Below, one piece after another: positions 19,205 through 27,278 of a stretch of DNA of 64,000 bases. Both the position numbers and the translations under genes were made by a program. Positions within the stretch are counted from its first letter, which is position 1, and each line of letters begins with the position of its first letter. Below the pieces are notes generated by a model that saw only the letters and a list, made by a program, of their open reading frames with translations, made no database searches and was not told the DNA's origin. The stretch is taken from positions 124,001 through 188,000 of IMG/VR virus record IMGVR_UViG_3300046536_000256; one strand, given 5' to 3'.

Positions 19205-19501
19205 TTAAAAAGTAAACGTCAGCAACAACCGCTGAGATTTCCCGCCCAGTCGTTTTACATCCACTTGGGCCGTGGTAGGAATACCCAGGGTTGCTTGCAT
19301 CAACGTTTCGTTAAGCGATGGGATAAACCCAAAGCGGAAAGGCAACACCCCAGAGTACTCATTAAGGTTGTTATACCCTAAGTCGATGAGCACCTGAGAA
19401 ACCTCGTAAGGCCCTATTGCCCTCTGTAAGATCCTTTCTCCTCCAGCAATGGGTCTGCACAGGGAGAACGGCGTTAAGTCGATAGAGAAGCTCTTAGACA
19501 C
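19205..19501 (-). CDS. Small hypothetical protein of the array
   Basis: ORF track 19205-19561; the more likely start is GTG at 19501 behind GAGGG. Confidence 0.65.
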   Translation of the reverse strand: MSKSFSIDLTPFSLCRPIAGGERILQRAIGPYEVSQVLIDLGYNNLNEYSGVLPFRFGFIPSLNETLMQATLGIPTTAQVDVKRLGGKSQRLLLTFTF

Positions 19502-19586
19502 GTTGTAGCCCTCTTGTAAGCGGTCATGGCTATAAATATGCCTTTGGCAGTAAGAAACCAATCTACAAATAAAGACATAAGAAAGA

Positions 19587-19622
19587 TATAAGCAGGGAGA
19601 GCATTCGCTCTCCCTGCTTATA
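19587..19622 (-). terminator. Terminator after phuZ
   Basis: Perfect 16-bp stem TATAAGCAGGGAGAGC-ATTC-GCTCTCCCTGCTTATA. Confidence 0.8.
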
Positions 19623-19636
19623 GTCGGACCTGGGTG

Positions 19637-20629
19637 TTACAGGATCATGCCGCTGTCATCGGCGCCGACACTTACGTCTTTCTGCTTGACGTAGGTGGTG
19701 GCGACTTCAGCTTTATGATCGTCCAGTGCTTGCATTTCCGATTCCAGTGCGGCCAGAGCTTCACCGTGGTCCAGGACCATGTGCAGCTGAGTCATGCCTT
19801 TTGGCAGGACAGTGCCTGGCGCAAAGACGCCGGTGGTACGGTAGCTGGTGCCTTCGAAGACCGGGATGACTTCGTCGCTGCTGGTGAACAGACTGGCCAC
19901 GGCCACCGGGGTTTTGCCTTTGAAGTTCTTGACCGAGTCCTGATCGTAGAACGACACTTCCGACAACGCCGGCGGAATGTTGCTGTGACGGGAGTAAGCC
20001 AGGAAGTTGCTGATGTCTGCGTAATCCATTTCACCGTTGGCTTCGGTGAAGAACAGGCTGACCAGGTTCAGACGCTCGACCACCAGTTCGTTGACTTCAC
20101 CGCGGGTCAGGTCGTTGGTGTTCTTGTTGTGCAGGAAGCAGATCGGCAGGTCCAGCTGGCTCTTGGCCGTTTGGTTGGCGGCGGAACGCAGAGTGCCGAC
20201 GGCGTTTTCCTTTTCCTTGGTGGAAGTGAAGTCCGAGATGTTCTGGAAGAAGATCGGCAGACCTTGCTTGGCGATGGCGCGGCCAACCAGAATACCCAGC
20301 ATGGAACCAGTACCGCCAGCAGTGTTGCAGACGATGACGTTGAACGACGACGGTTTGTGCTTGGCCAGAACCTGGGCTACGAACGCCGGAGCCTTCTCGT
20401 AGTTGGCGCCTTTGACCTTGCCGCTACCGCGAGCCAGTTGATCGGAGCTGCCGGCAGTGGTGATGTACTCGACCGGGAACAGGTCGTCAGGGCTGTTGGC
20501 GCCAGAAGCGTCGAGACCGATGAAGGTAGCTTCTTTGTTGGCCGGGGTGCGAGAAGCGGCTTTCAGAGCCTTGCCGATGTTGATGCCAGTGCCACCGCAG
20601 AGGTAATAAGTAATACCATTAGTTGTCAT
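19637..20629 (-). CDS. phuZ: PhuZ phage tubulin
   Basis: CGGTGINIG, RGSGK, the tubulin signature AGGTGS, T7-like NGEMDYAD and an acidic tail ending DDSGMIL. Start reassigned to ATG 20629 because the longer ORF spans the promoter. Confidence 0.95.
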   Translation of the reverse strand: MTTNGITYYLCGGTGINIGKALKAASRTPANKEATFIGLDASGANSPDDLFPVEYITTAGSSDQLARGSGKVKGANYEKAPAFVAQVLAKHKPSSFNVIVCNTAGGTGSMLGILVGRAIAKQGLPIFFQNISDFTSTKEKENAVGTLRSAANQTAKSQLDLPICFLHNKNTNDLTRGEVNELVVERLNLVSLFFTEANGEMDYADISNFLAYSRHSNIPPALSEVSFYDQDSVKNFKGKTPVAVASLFTSSDEVIPVFEGTSYRTTGVFAPGTVLPKGMTQLHMVLDHGEALAALESEMQALDDHKAEVATTYVKQKDVSVGADDSGMIL

Positions 20630-20690
20630 GTGTTCTATCTCTTCGATGTGTGAAAGAATTTTGGAACAAGCTGTTATGCTTATCCTGAAA

Positions 20691-20707
20691 GTAATATAGG
20701 GGTGAAA
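20691..20707 (-). promoter_or_regulatory. Early promoter motif TTTCACCCCTATATTAC
   Basis: Copy of the repeated motif, about 60 nt upstream of phuZ. Confidence 0.78.
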
Positions 20708-20931
20708 TTCTCTTGCCCCCTTATCCCCCGACAAGGAGTCGGACTACCTTTAAAGAAAAGGACCCCCTGGTGCTCTTCAGAGCGACACACCAGGAGGCTG
20801 CTCTCAAGTACAGAGAACCAGGTCCTTAGGAGAGCCGATGATCCACGCCGAGGTACTAGCCAAAGAACCCCGAAGCAGTTTACCGGTATATCATGAAACG
20901 CTAGTAACGAAAAAGATGAAAGCAAACATAA

Positions 20932-20973
20932 CCCTCATTCACTGAACCCCGCAAGAGGCCCAATGAATGAGGG
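20932..20973 (-). terminator. Terminator-like hairpin
   Basis: CCCTCATTCA...TGAATGAGGG followed by TTATGTTTG on the minus strand. Confidence 0.65.
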
Positions 20974-21155
20974 AGATGAATTGTTGGGGTTTTCGTTTTG
21001 CTAATCGGAGGCAATAAACTGGGGGAACACCCCGATCACTACGGCAGGTTGTTATCCCCTAACCTTACCGTGAAACACTCCACAACCACCGCACACTTAA
21101 CGAGAGCTTCTTCAGGGCAACGTCATCAGTGAAACATAACATAGCACTAATAGGA

Positions 21156-21455
21156 TTATCGTTCAGTATTCAGGTCGGTCATTGTCAAGGGGACACCGTC
21201 TTTAGGAAGAAAGAACATCACCTTGTCGAAGTACTTGAACAGGAGAACCCACCCCAACTTTTCATACAGTTGTGTAACTGTTGGGCGCAGGTATTCCGGG
21301 ATAGTGACGTCAATACAAATGTGTTCGTCGTAGTTAGTGCAGCAGCCTACAGAGAAGTTACCCCGTTTAAGGTCCACTTCGATCGTGTTGATGACCGCTA
21401 GGAACTCTTCGCTCTGACAGAGCACTTCCTGGGTAGACGTTAGTGTAATTTGCAT
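21156..21455 (-). CDS. Hypothetical protein
   Basis: 99 aa, AAGGA SD. Confidence 0.7.
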   Translation of the reverse strand: MQITLTSTQEVLCQSEEFLAVINTIEVDLKRGNFSVGCCTNYDEHICIDVTIPEYLRPTVTQLYEKLGWVLLFKYFDKVMFFLPKDGVPLTMTDLNTER

Positions 21456-21465
21456 GACAGGTTCC

Positions 21466-22041
21466 TTAATCGAGGTCCGACCAGTCAGTGGATAGGTGTA
21501 CCGGTTGTGGTTCTATCCCAGCACATTCCTTGAGAGTGTTACCGAAGCCTTCCGCAAGTTTGTCTTGAATATCCCGCAGTGGGCCAGGGACGATTTCCTC
21601 GTATGTCCGTTGGTTTTCGGACAGGGGTAAATGCAACTCCAAACCATCTAGGTGGGACATATCAATTGTCACGCGCAGGCAGTTGTCATCACAATCCTTA
21701 ATGAAAGGAGACTCTTCGAAGGTATGCGTGGACGCGGTTTGTCCACGCGCTTCGATAGGGGATGAGCGATCACTCTTGACATGGTGGCTCTGAATGCAAC
21801 CGCTGGCCCCAATGAAGTCAATACTGTACGACGTATCGACACTACCTTCACTGATTGGCCTGTCTAGCGGGTCCCGTGGGTAAATGCGACCTGAGGGGTT
21901 ACCGTGGGCTCGATGTTTCCCCACCCTTACTGAGAGATAGGCTGGGTCGTCGGTTTTAGCGATCACGACCCTGATCTCAGCATCCGCCAGATCGCAAGGG
22001 GTAGGGTTGCGCTTACCTACAACTATAACGGGCTTGTACAT
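21466..22041 (-). CDS. Hypothetical protein
   Basis: 191 aa, AGGAGG SD. Confidence 0.72.
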   Translation of the reverse strand: MYKPVIVVGKRNPTPCDLADAEIRVVIAKTDDPAYLSVRVGKHRAHGNPSGRIYPRDPLDRPISEGSVDTSYSIDFIGASGCIQSHHVKSDRSSPIEARGQTASTHTFEESPFIKDCDDNCLRVTIDMSHLDGLELHLPLSENQRTYEEIVPGPLRDIQDKLAEGFGNTLKECAGIEPQPVHLSTDWSDLD

Positions 22042-22049
22042 GCAACCTC

Positions 22050-22310
22050 CTAGTCGGCTGGAGTGGTTTGGTAAATCGATACCTTTGGGTAAGGACAGTC
22101 AAACAGCTCCCCACTGAGGTAGCGTTCCCAGTCCGCATCCGAGGTGCCTTCCGGTCGAGGTTGAGTGGCTGCGAAAGCTGCGCGTTCTTTCCGGCATTGT
22201 TCCAGACTGGTGGTAAGCTTCTGCTTGATTTCCAAAGCAGCCCCAGTCAATACCACTGGCTTACGACGAACCTCAATGGTGATCTTTTTACGCCCGAATT
22301 GGTTCAACAT
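22050..22310 (-). CDS. Hypothetical protein
   Basis: 86 aa, AAGGA SD, operonic. Confidence 0.7.
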   Translation of the reverse strand: MLNQFGRKKITIEVRRKPVVLTGAALEIKQKLTTSLEQCRKERAAFAATQPRPEGTSDADWERYLSGELFDCPYPKVSIYQTTPAD

Positions 22311-22312
22311 GA

Positions 22313-22849
22313 TTAGACGTCCTTAGTAGGCCGGGTGGACAAGACTTTAGGTTTACCTGGGTGCTCCCACGTTGCAATGGGCGCGCTGGTGTAAGGGTCC
22401 AGCAGCGCGGCTGAGCCAACCGCAGCTACGGCGTCATTACCGACGGTCATCACTGAGAATGCAAACACCGCTCCGCTTCCCACAGCAAAAGGACCGTTCA
22501 CCGGGATCAAACTGTTATAGTCAAGATCCTGATCTGGGTAACGGGTTACAGCCCAAGCAAATACTTCACGACTCTCTGTAACCAAGATAACGTGGAAGTC
22601 CAATTCAACCGCTTCGCTGGTGACTCGGTACTTGTGGGTGATCCCTTCTTGCAAAGAGTCTTTAACCCATTCCACGTTTTCAAGGCCGCCCGCAAAACCC
22701 ATGGCCAAGATCCGTTTACCGAAGACTTCCCAGTAACAGTTTTCGGTAGGGTGAAAGATCTTGTCCTGTTCGTATTGAAGAATGGTCCCGTCCATTACCG
22801 CGCAAGTATCAGCAGCAAGAGTGTGGCCATCCCAGGCAATGGTGGTCAT
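22313..22849 (-). CDS. Ntn-hydrolase, HslV/proteasome-beta-like peptidase
   Basis: MTTIAWDG..LAADT with an N-terminal Thr nucleophile, DKI Lys, GFAG, AVGSG and a C-terminal D..T motif. Confidence 0.8.
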   Translation of the reverse strand: MTTIAWDGHTLAADTCAVMDGTILQYEQDKIFHPTENCYWEVFGKRILAMGFAGGLENVEWVKDSLQEGITHKYRVTSEAVELDFHVILVTESREVFAWAVTRYPDQDLDYNSLIPVNGPFAVGSGAVFAFSVMTVGNDAVAAVGSAALLDPYTSAPIATWEHPGKPKVLSTRPTKDV

Positions 22850-22851
22850 GG

Positions 22852-23586
22852 TCAGGCCTTCTTCGGTTTCTTGATAACCAGACCAGCTTCTTGGTCCATG
22901 AGGTCCCGCGCAGCCAACGCCAACCGTTCCGCTTCTAGTACCAGTTCTTTGGCAGTAAGAGGGGTCTTTGGTTTCTCGTCTGCTTGATCAAGACTGGACT
23001 TGATTGCATCGGCTACCGCCGTTTCCAGATCTGTCTTGGTAAACACCGGTTCCGGTTCCGCCTTGGGTGGACGAGTGCTCATTACTTCAGGCACCCCCGG
23101 GAATACCCACGTCTGAACTGACCCGCCACTGTGGTTGTCCAAACGAATGGCTTGTTTAACAGCGTCTACAGCTGTCGCCCCAACCGACATCACCGCGGTG
23201 GCAATGGTTTGCCCGCTGCCCGCTGCACAAGGCCCAGTAATAGCACTGAGGATCACAGTGTTACGCTGGTGCCGATGACTACGAGACAGTCCCCAGTACC
23301 AAGCTTGCCCGTTCTCGGTCACCGCCAGAATTACAAAATCAGACTCTGGCAAATCTTCCAGCCGTGTACGGTGAGTAACCCCGATCTCGAGTTCCTCTTT
23401 TATCCACGGCAGCATATCAATCTCACCAGCCAATGCAAAGGCCAGCACTTTGACACCCTGGATTTCCCAGTATTCGTTTCCAGTGGGTGTAAAAATCTTT
23501 TGATGATCAGCCAGCATCGCAACGTTTTGTTGCGAGCACTTGGAGTCAGAAGCCAGTGTCGCCATATCCCAGCAAATTGTAGTCAT
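22852..23586 (-). CDS. Ntn-hydrolase, HslV/proteasome-beta-like peptidase, paralog with a helical C-terminal extension
   Basis: MTTICWD..LASDS, QKI, ALAG, AAGSG and LDNHSGG; aligns by eye with 22313-22849. Confidence 0.8.
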   Translation of the reverse strand: MTTICWDMATLASDSKCSQQNVAMLADHQKIFTPTGNEYWEIQGVKVLAFALAGEIDMLPWIKEELEIGVTHRTRLEDLPESDFVILAVTENGQAWYWGLSRSHRHQRNTVILSAITGPCAAGSGQTIATAVMSVGATAVDAVKQAIRLDNHSGGSVQTWVFPGVPEVMSTRPPKAEPEPVFTKTDLETAVADAIKSSLDQADEKPKTPLTAKELVLEAERLALAARDLMDQEAGLVIKKPKKA

Positions 23587-23670
23587 ACCCTATTACCCTT
23601 TTACTCACAGTTAAGACCAAGCACTGTTCTGTCATAAACAGTACTATACCGAATCCAGTTATTCAATAAG

Positions 23671-23687
23671 GTAATATAGGTTTCAAT
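23671..23687 (-). promoter_or_regulatory. Early promoter motif ATTGAAACCTATATTAC
   Basis: CCTATATTAC core upstream of the peptidase operon. Confidence 0.68.
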
Positions 23688-23772
23688 CTTTCCTATGAGG
23701 CTTCTGGTATAGTCTCTCTTCTTACTCCTCGTGTGATTACTCCGTTCCGGAGTAAGAGCAGAACAAGGAAGC

Positions 23773-23792
23773 GTAGTAGCTTAAGCTACTAC
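23773..23792. repeat. Perfect 20-bp palindrome GTAGTAGCTTAAGCTACTAC
   Basis: Read directly; lies in a divergent intergenic region with several other inverted repeats. Confidence 0.9.
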
Positions 23793-23953
23793 TTTAAGAG
23801 CATTCTCACATTGTTCACATTTGCTTAAATTACCCACACACTCCCCCTCTGCTTTCGCAAAGAGTTTACTTATCCAGTATACAATATGACTCCGTAAGAA
23901 AAATACTCAAATGCTATGAACAGTAACACATAGATCCTCTAGGGAGCATATCC

Positions 23954-24799
23954 ATGAACTGCGTCGATTACGCAATCAATAGGGTGATGGGGTCCGACAT
24001 TGATGATTACCTCTTCAAGCTCGCATTCGAAAACCCAAACGCCAACTACAACGGTAACTGGTACAACGTCCAAGGCGCTACCACTACCCCGCAAGGTATC
24101 CGGGAACAAGTGATCTTCCGTACCGTTCTCCCGGCTTGTAACGTGGGCGGCGGTAAAACCGAGTTCGTCGATCTGTCTGGTGCGAAGATGATGGACAAGG
24201 GTAACGGCTGTGTGGAAGTTAACGTACCCGACATTGCTACAGGTGGTCGCAAGATTATCTCGGTCAATGAAGTGTACCTGGGCAGCATGACGTCCGCGAC
24301 TGGTATGCTGGGTATGGGGATGAACGACGGGACTGACTGCGGCCAAGGTTCCATCAGCGACATGATGCAGGGCTTGATCGACGGTTTAACCCCAAGCCGC
24401 TCCATGCCGCACACCTACACCAATGTGCACATGACGGGCAACAACAGCTTTGTTATCTTCGGGCTGAACTCCGGCACCTTCTCCATGACGGCCAAGTGCA
24501 TCTTGGAATACGACCAAGGGTTGTCCAGCATTCACCCGCGCCACTACGAGCAGTTTGCCGAGCTGGTTGAATTGGCGGTGAAGGCTTACATCTATCGGAA
24601 GTGCCGCCGTGCGACTAACGAGGCCGTAATCCGCGCCGGTGTCCCGTTGCAGGACATCAAAGACGATATCCAGGCTTACAGCGACGCATGGACTCAATAC
24701 AAAGAGTACTTCGGCGACACCTGGAAACGTTGCATGGCTTGGTCTGATCGTCAACTGGTGCAAGACACTACCCGCATGAGCGTACCCCGCCGCATGTAA
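23954..24799 (+). CDS. Conserved hypothetical protein, probably virion structural
   Basis: 281 aa, GGGAG SD, TATG late-promoter-like motif at about 23915. Confidence 0.75.
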   Translation: MNCVDYAINRVMGSDIDDYLFKLAFENPNANYNGNWYNVQGATTTPQGIREQVIFRTVLPACNVGGGKTEFVDLSGAKMMDKGNGCVEVNVPDIATGGRKIISVNEVYLGSMTSATGMLGMGMNDGTDCGQGSISDMMQGLIDGLTPSRSMPHTYTNVHMTGNNSFVIFGLNSGTFSMTAKCILEYDQGLSSIHPRHYEQFAELVELAVKAYIYRKCRRATNEAVIRAGVPLQDIKDDIQAYSDAWTQYKEYFGDTWKRCMAWSDRQLVQDTTRMSVPRRM

Positions 24800-24810
24800 G
24801 GAATCCCCTC

Positions 24811-26247
24811 ATGTTGAAAGAACAGTATAACCCGTCGGACTTCAACTACGCCGAAGAAGAGGAACGACTCTACCACGAACAAAACAACGTCTTCAGTTTG
24901 TTCGAAGGCCTGGACAAACACAGCTACCTGGCACAACAAGGTTTGTACCTGGAACCCCTGCACCTTGGTGAAGTCCAATCAGTGACTGGTGCTGAGGCAT
25001 TGCTTACTGGTGTGAACTTTGAAAGCAACGGTGCCATCATGGCCGTCTGCAATCGGTTCGGTGGTGACTTGGACCCTACACCTAAGTGGGCCGGTGTTTT
25101 GCGTCGTTACGTGTACAGCTTCATCACCCGGCGTGTCGGGATGGTGGACTACATGGAGTTCTTTGGTAGCCCGTACTTGGGGTTGCAGAAGATCACTTTC
25201 ACCACGGCTGATCGGAACCAATGGTTCAGTGAGATCTTCGACGTGGACGAAGAGGAACTCAAAGAGAACCTGCACGCCTGCAAAGCGATCAACACTGAGT
25301 GGTCGGTAGTAGGCGACGTGTTCAACCTGACGGTTCCATTCCTGCTGTACAAGGTGTACCACAGCAAGCTGGACCAGAAGACCAAACACCAGGCCTTGAT
25401 CGATATCCTCTGCATGTACCACTACAAGTGCCTGACCTCCATCATTCACAACGACTACCCATTCCAGGCGCGTCGTGAAGTGGTGTTGGAAACCTACAAC
25501 CGCCTGAGTCTGAAATACGACATCAAGCGTTACGGTAGCTGGCGTGCCTTGATTGAAGCCCGGGCTGAGTTCATTCTTAACCCGAAGACAGGTATCCACT
25601 TCGACGCTTACACCAAAATGGATGACGATAAAAAGATTGTCTACATGGTCGGCGATATCCAGAACCGCTTGCGTCGGGCGATCAACGACATCAACAAGGT
25701 GTTCCACGAGGTCAAGACTCAGACCAACATCGTGAAGCTGGACAGCTCGAAGGTGAACCTTGGGGATGAATTGACGATCAAGTCGGTTACCAAGGAAGTC
25801 ACCCAATACGGGTTGTACATCGACCGGGTATTGACCGAGGAAACCTCGTTCTACAAGGAAGAGCTGGCTGGGTTTGCCGCGAGTGTCCTGGAGAACGTGC
25901 CTCGGGACAAGCTGGCTTTCATTATTCAAACCTTCCCGCAAGTGTACAAGAACGCTAAGAAGCCCCACTATAAGGAGTTTACTGACGCGGTCTTGATTCA
26001 CTTGTTCGAATACCTATACACCAATGGTATCAAGAAGACCAATGTGTACGACGTACTTACCAAGATGCGTGGCGCCTACGGTGCTCCTCGGAGTAAGAAC
26101 GATACGGTTAAAGTCATCCGCGCTTTGGGCGACGAGATCGTTGTGGAACAGACCGGGGTTAAAACACCTCAAACGGTTACGGTACTGCGCACCGCTCTGA
26201 GTCTGTACTTCGTGCTACGGATTCTTTCAAAAGAATATTTCGACTAG
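24811..26247 (+). CDS. Conserved jumbo-phage protein of unknown function
   Basis: 478 aa, AAGGA SD, typical codon bias. Confidence 0.82.
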   Translation: MLKEQYNPSDFNYAEEEERLYHEQNNVFSLFEGLDKHSYLAQQGLYLEPLHLGEVQSVTGAEALLTGVNFESNGAIMAVCNRFGGDLDPTPKWAGVLRRYVYSFITRRVGMVDYMEFFGSPYLGLQKITFTTADRNQWFSEIFDVDEEELKENLHACKAINTEWSVVGDVFNLTVPFLLYKVYHSKLDQKTKHQALIDILCMYHYKCLTSIIHNDYPFQARREVVLETYNRLSLKYDIKRYGSWRALIEARAEFILNPKTGIHFDAYTKMDDDKKIVYMVGDIQNRLRRAINDINKVFHEVKTQTNIVKLDSSKVNLGDELTIKSVTKEVTQYGLYIDRVLTEETSFYKEELAGFAASVLENVPRDKLAFIIQTFPQVYKNAKKPHYKEFTDAVLIHLFEYLYTNGIKKTNVYDVLTKMRGAYGAPRSKNDTVKVIRALGDEIVVEQTGVKTPQTVTVLRTALSLYFVLRILSKEYFD

Positions 26248-26256
26248 GAGAGTTAC

Positions 26257-26589
26257 ATGGAACGCTTTCAAGATGACGCTGTTAAAGTACTGGTTCAAAC
26301 CGACAGCATTGTGGCGGGGAAAACCATTCTGCAACACGGCAGTGGCAAAGAAGCCTCGGAGACCGAGGTGTACGTACTGATCCGTCTGGAAGACGACAAC
26401 CGTCGTTACTACTCCAGCTCGGTTGTATCCAAAGCGGCTTTCCGCGAGATCACCGAGAACAAGGCGACCTTCGAAACCCTGACAACCAACTTCAACGGTC
26501 GCAGCAAAGGCGACATGATCACGTTCTTGGCCAAGAACTACATCGCACCGAAGGTTGTTGCCGAACAGCCCGAAACCGAAGCAGCCTGA
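26257..26589 (+). CDS. Hypothetical protein
   Basis: 110 aa, AGGAG SD. Confidence 0.78.
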   Translation: MERFQDDAVKVLVQTDSIVAGKTILQHGSGKEASETEVYVLIRLEDDNRRYYSSSVVSKAAFREITENKATFETLTTNFNGRSKGDMITFLAKNYIAPKVVAEQPETEAA

Positions 26590-26590
26590 C

Positions 26591-27262
26591 ATGACCGTCG
26601 ATATCAGTAAGTACCTCATCGCAACACCGCTGCCAGTCTCTGATACGAACCCGGTAGCATTGGAACTCATGGGCGCTGAAGCACTCGTGTTGTGTCCTGA
26701 CGTGATCGCCCAGTTGCCTGATGGGTCGGTCCAGATGAGCGCCCCTACTAAAGGCGCCTCCAGCAAAAGCACCCACCGCACTCGCTGCGAATGGAAAGAG
26801 CCTGAGTATTGGGCATTGGCCAGCGCCGAGCGCCACTGGAGTCGTCAAGAGTTGATGGTGACTAAGGTCAACTCCGCCTTGAAGGTAGTCGTCGGACAGA
26901 TCCATGTCAAAGACGCCACCACCCCACCGCTGAAAGTGTTCTGGAACAAAGGCAAGATCACCATCGGTTTCCGCGCTAGCTTTGAAAGCGCCGAGATCTA
27001 CAACGCGGTGATTCACGACGATGTTCCGCTGGGTGTGAAGTTTAAGCTCAGCATCGGGGTTACCTCCTCCGGTACGGTCTCGGTCAATGTCCTGTGTAAG
27101 GGTGTGTCCTCGGTCAAGACCTCACTGCGTCTGGGTGACTCTTGGCAAGACAAGGTACTCCAGTTCCACGGTGGTTTGTATAACCAGGTCGATTACACCG
27201 AGAACACCCTGCCGTACGACGGTTCGGTTTGCATCCTCAGTGAGCTGACCACTACGCATTGA
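26591..27262 (+). CDS. Polysaccharide lyase family 7 (alginate-lyase-like)
   Basis: PL7 motifs: RCEWKE (RxExR-like), GQIH, and QFHGGLYNQ (YFKAGxYxQ-like). Start ATG 26591; no signal peptide. Confidence 0.8.
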   Translation: MTVDISKYLIATPLPVSDTNPVALELMGAEALVLCPDVIAQLPDGSVQMSAPTKGASSKSTHRTRCEWKEPEYWALASAERHWSRQELMVTKVNSALKVVVGQIHVKDATTPPLKVFWNKGKITIGFRASFESAEIYNAVIHDDVPLGVKFKLSIGVTSSGTVSVNVLCKGVSSVKTSLRLGDSWQDKVLQFHGGLYNQVDYTENTLPYDGSVCILSELTTTH

Positions 27263-27278
27263 GCAAAAGGAATGCTGC

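Noticed and set aside
20630-20734. N-terminal extensions in the ORF track (phuZ; also 41559, 46189, 48503, 37067, 54696, 26555)
   Set aside because: They run through promoters, terminators or neighbouring genes; downstream ATGs give better SD or operon spacing.
20990-21135. CUGAUGA...GAAA on the minus strand suggesting a hammerhead ribozyme
   Set aside because: The stem II closing pair and stems I/III could not be formed convincingly.
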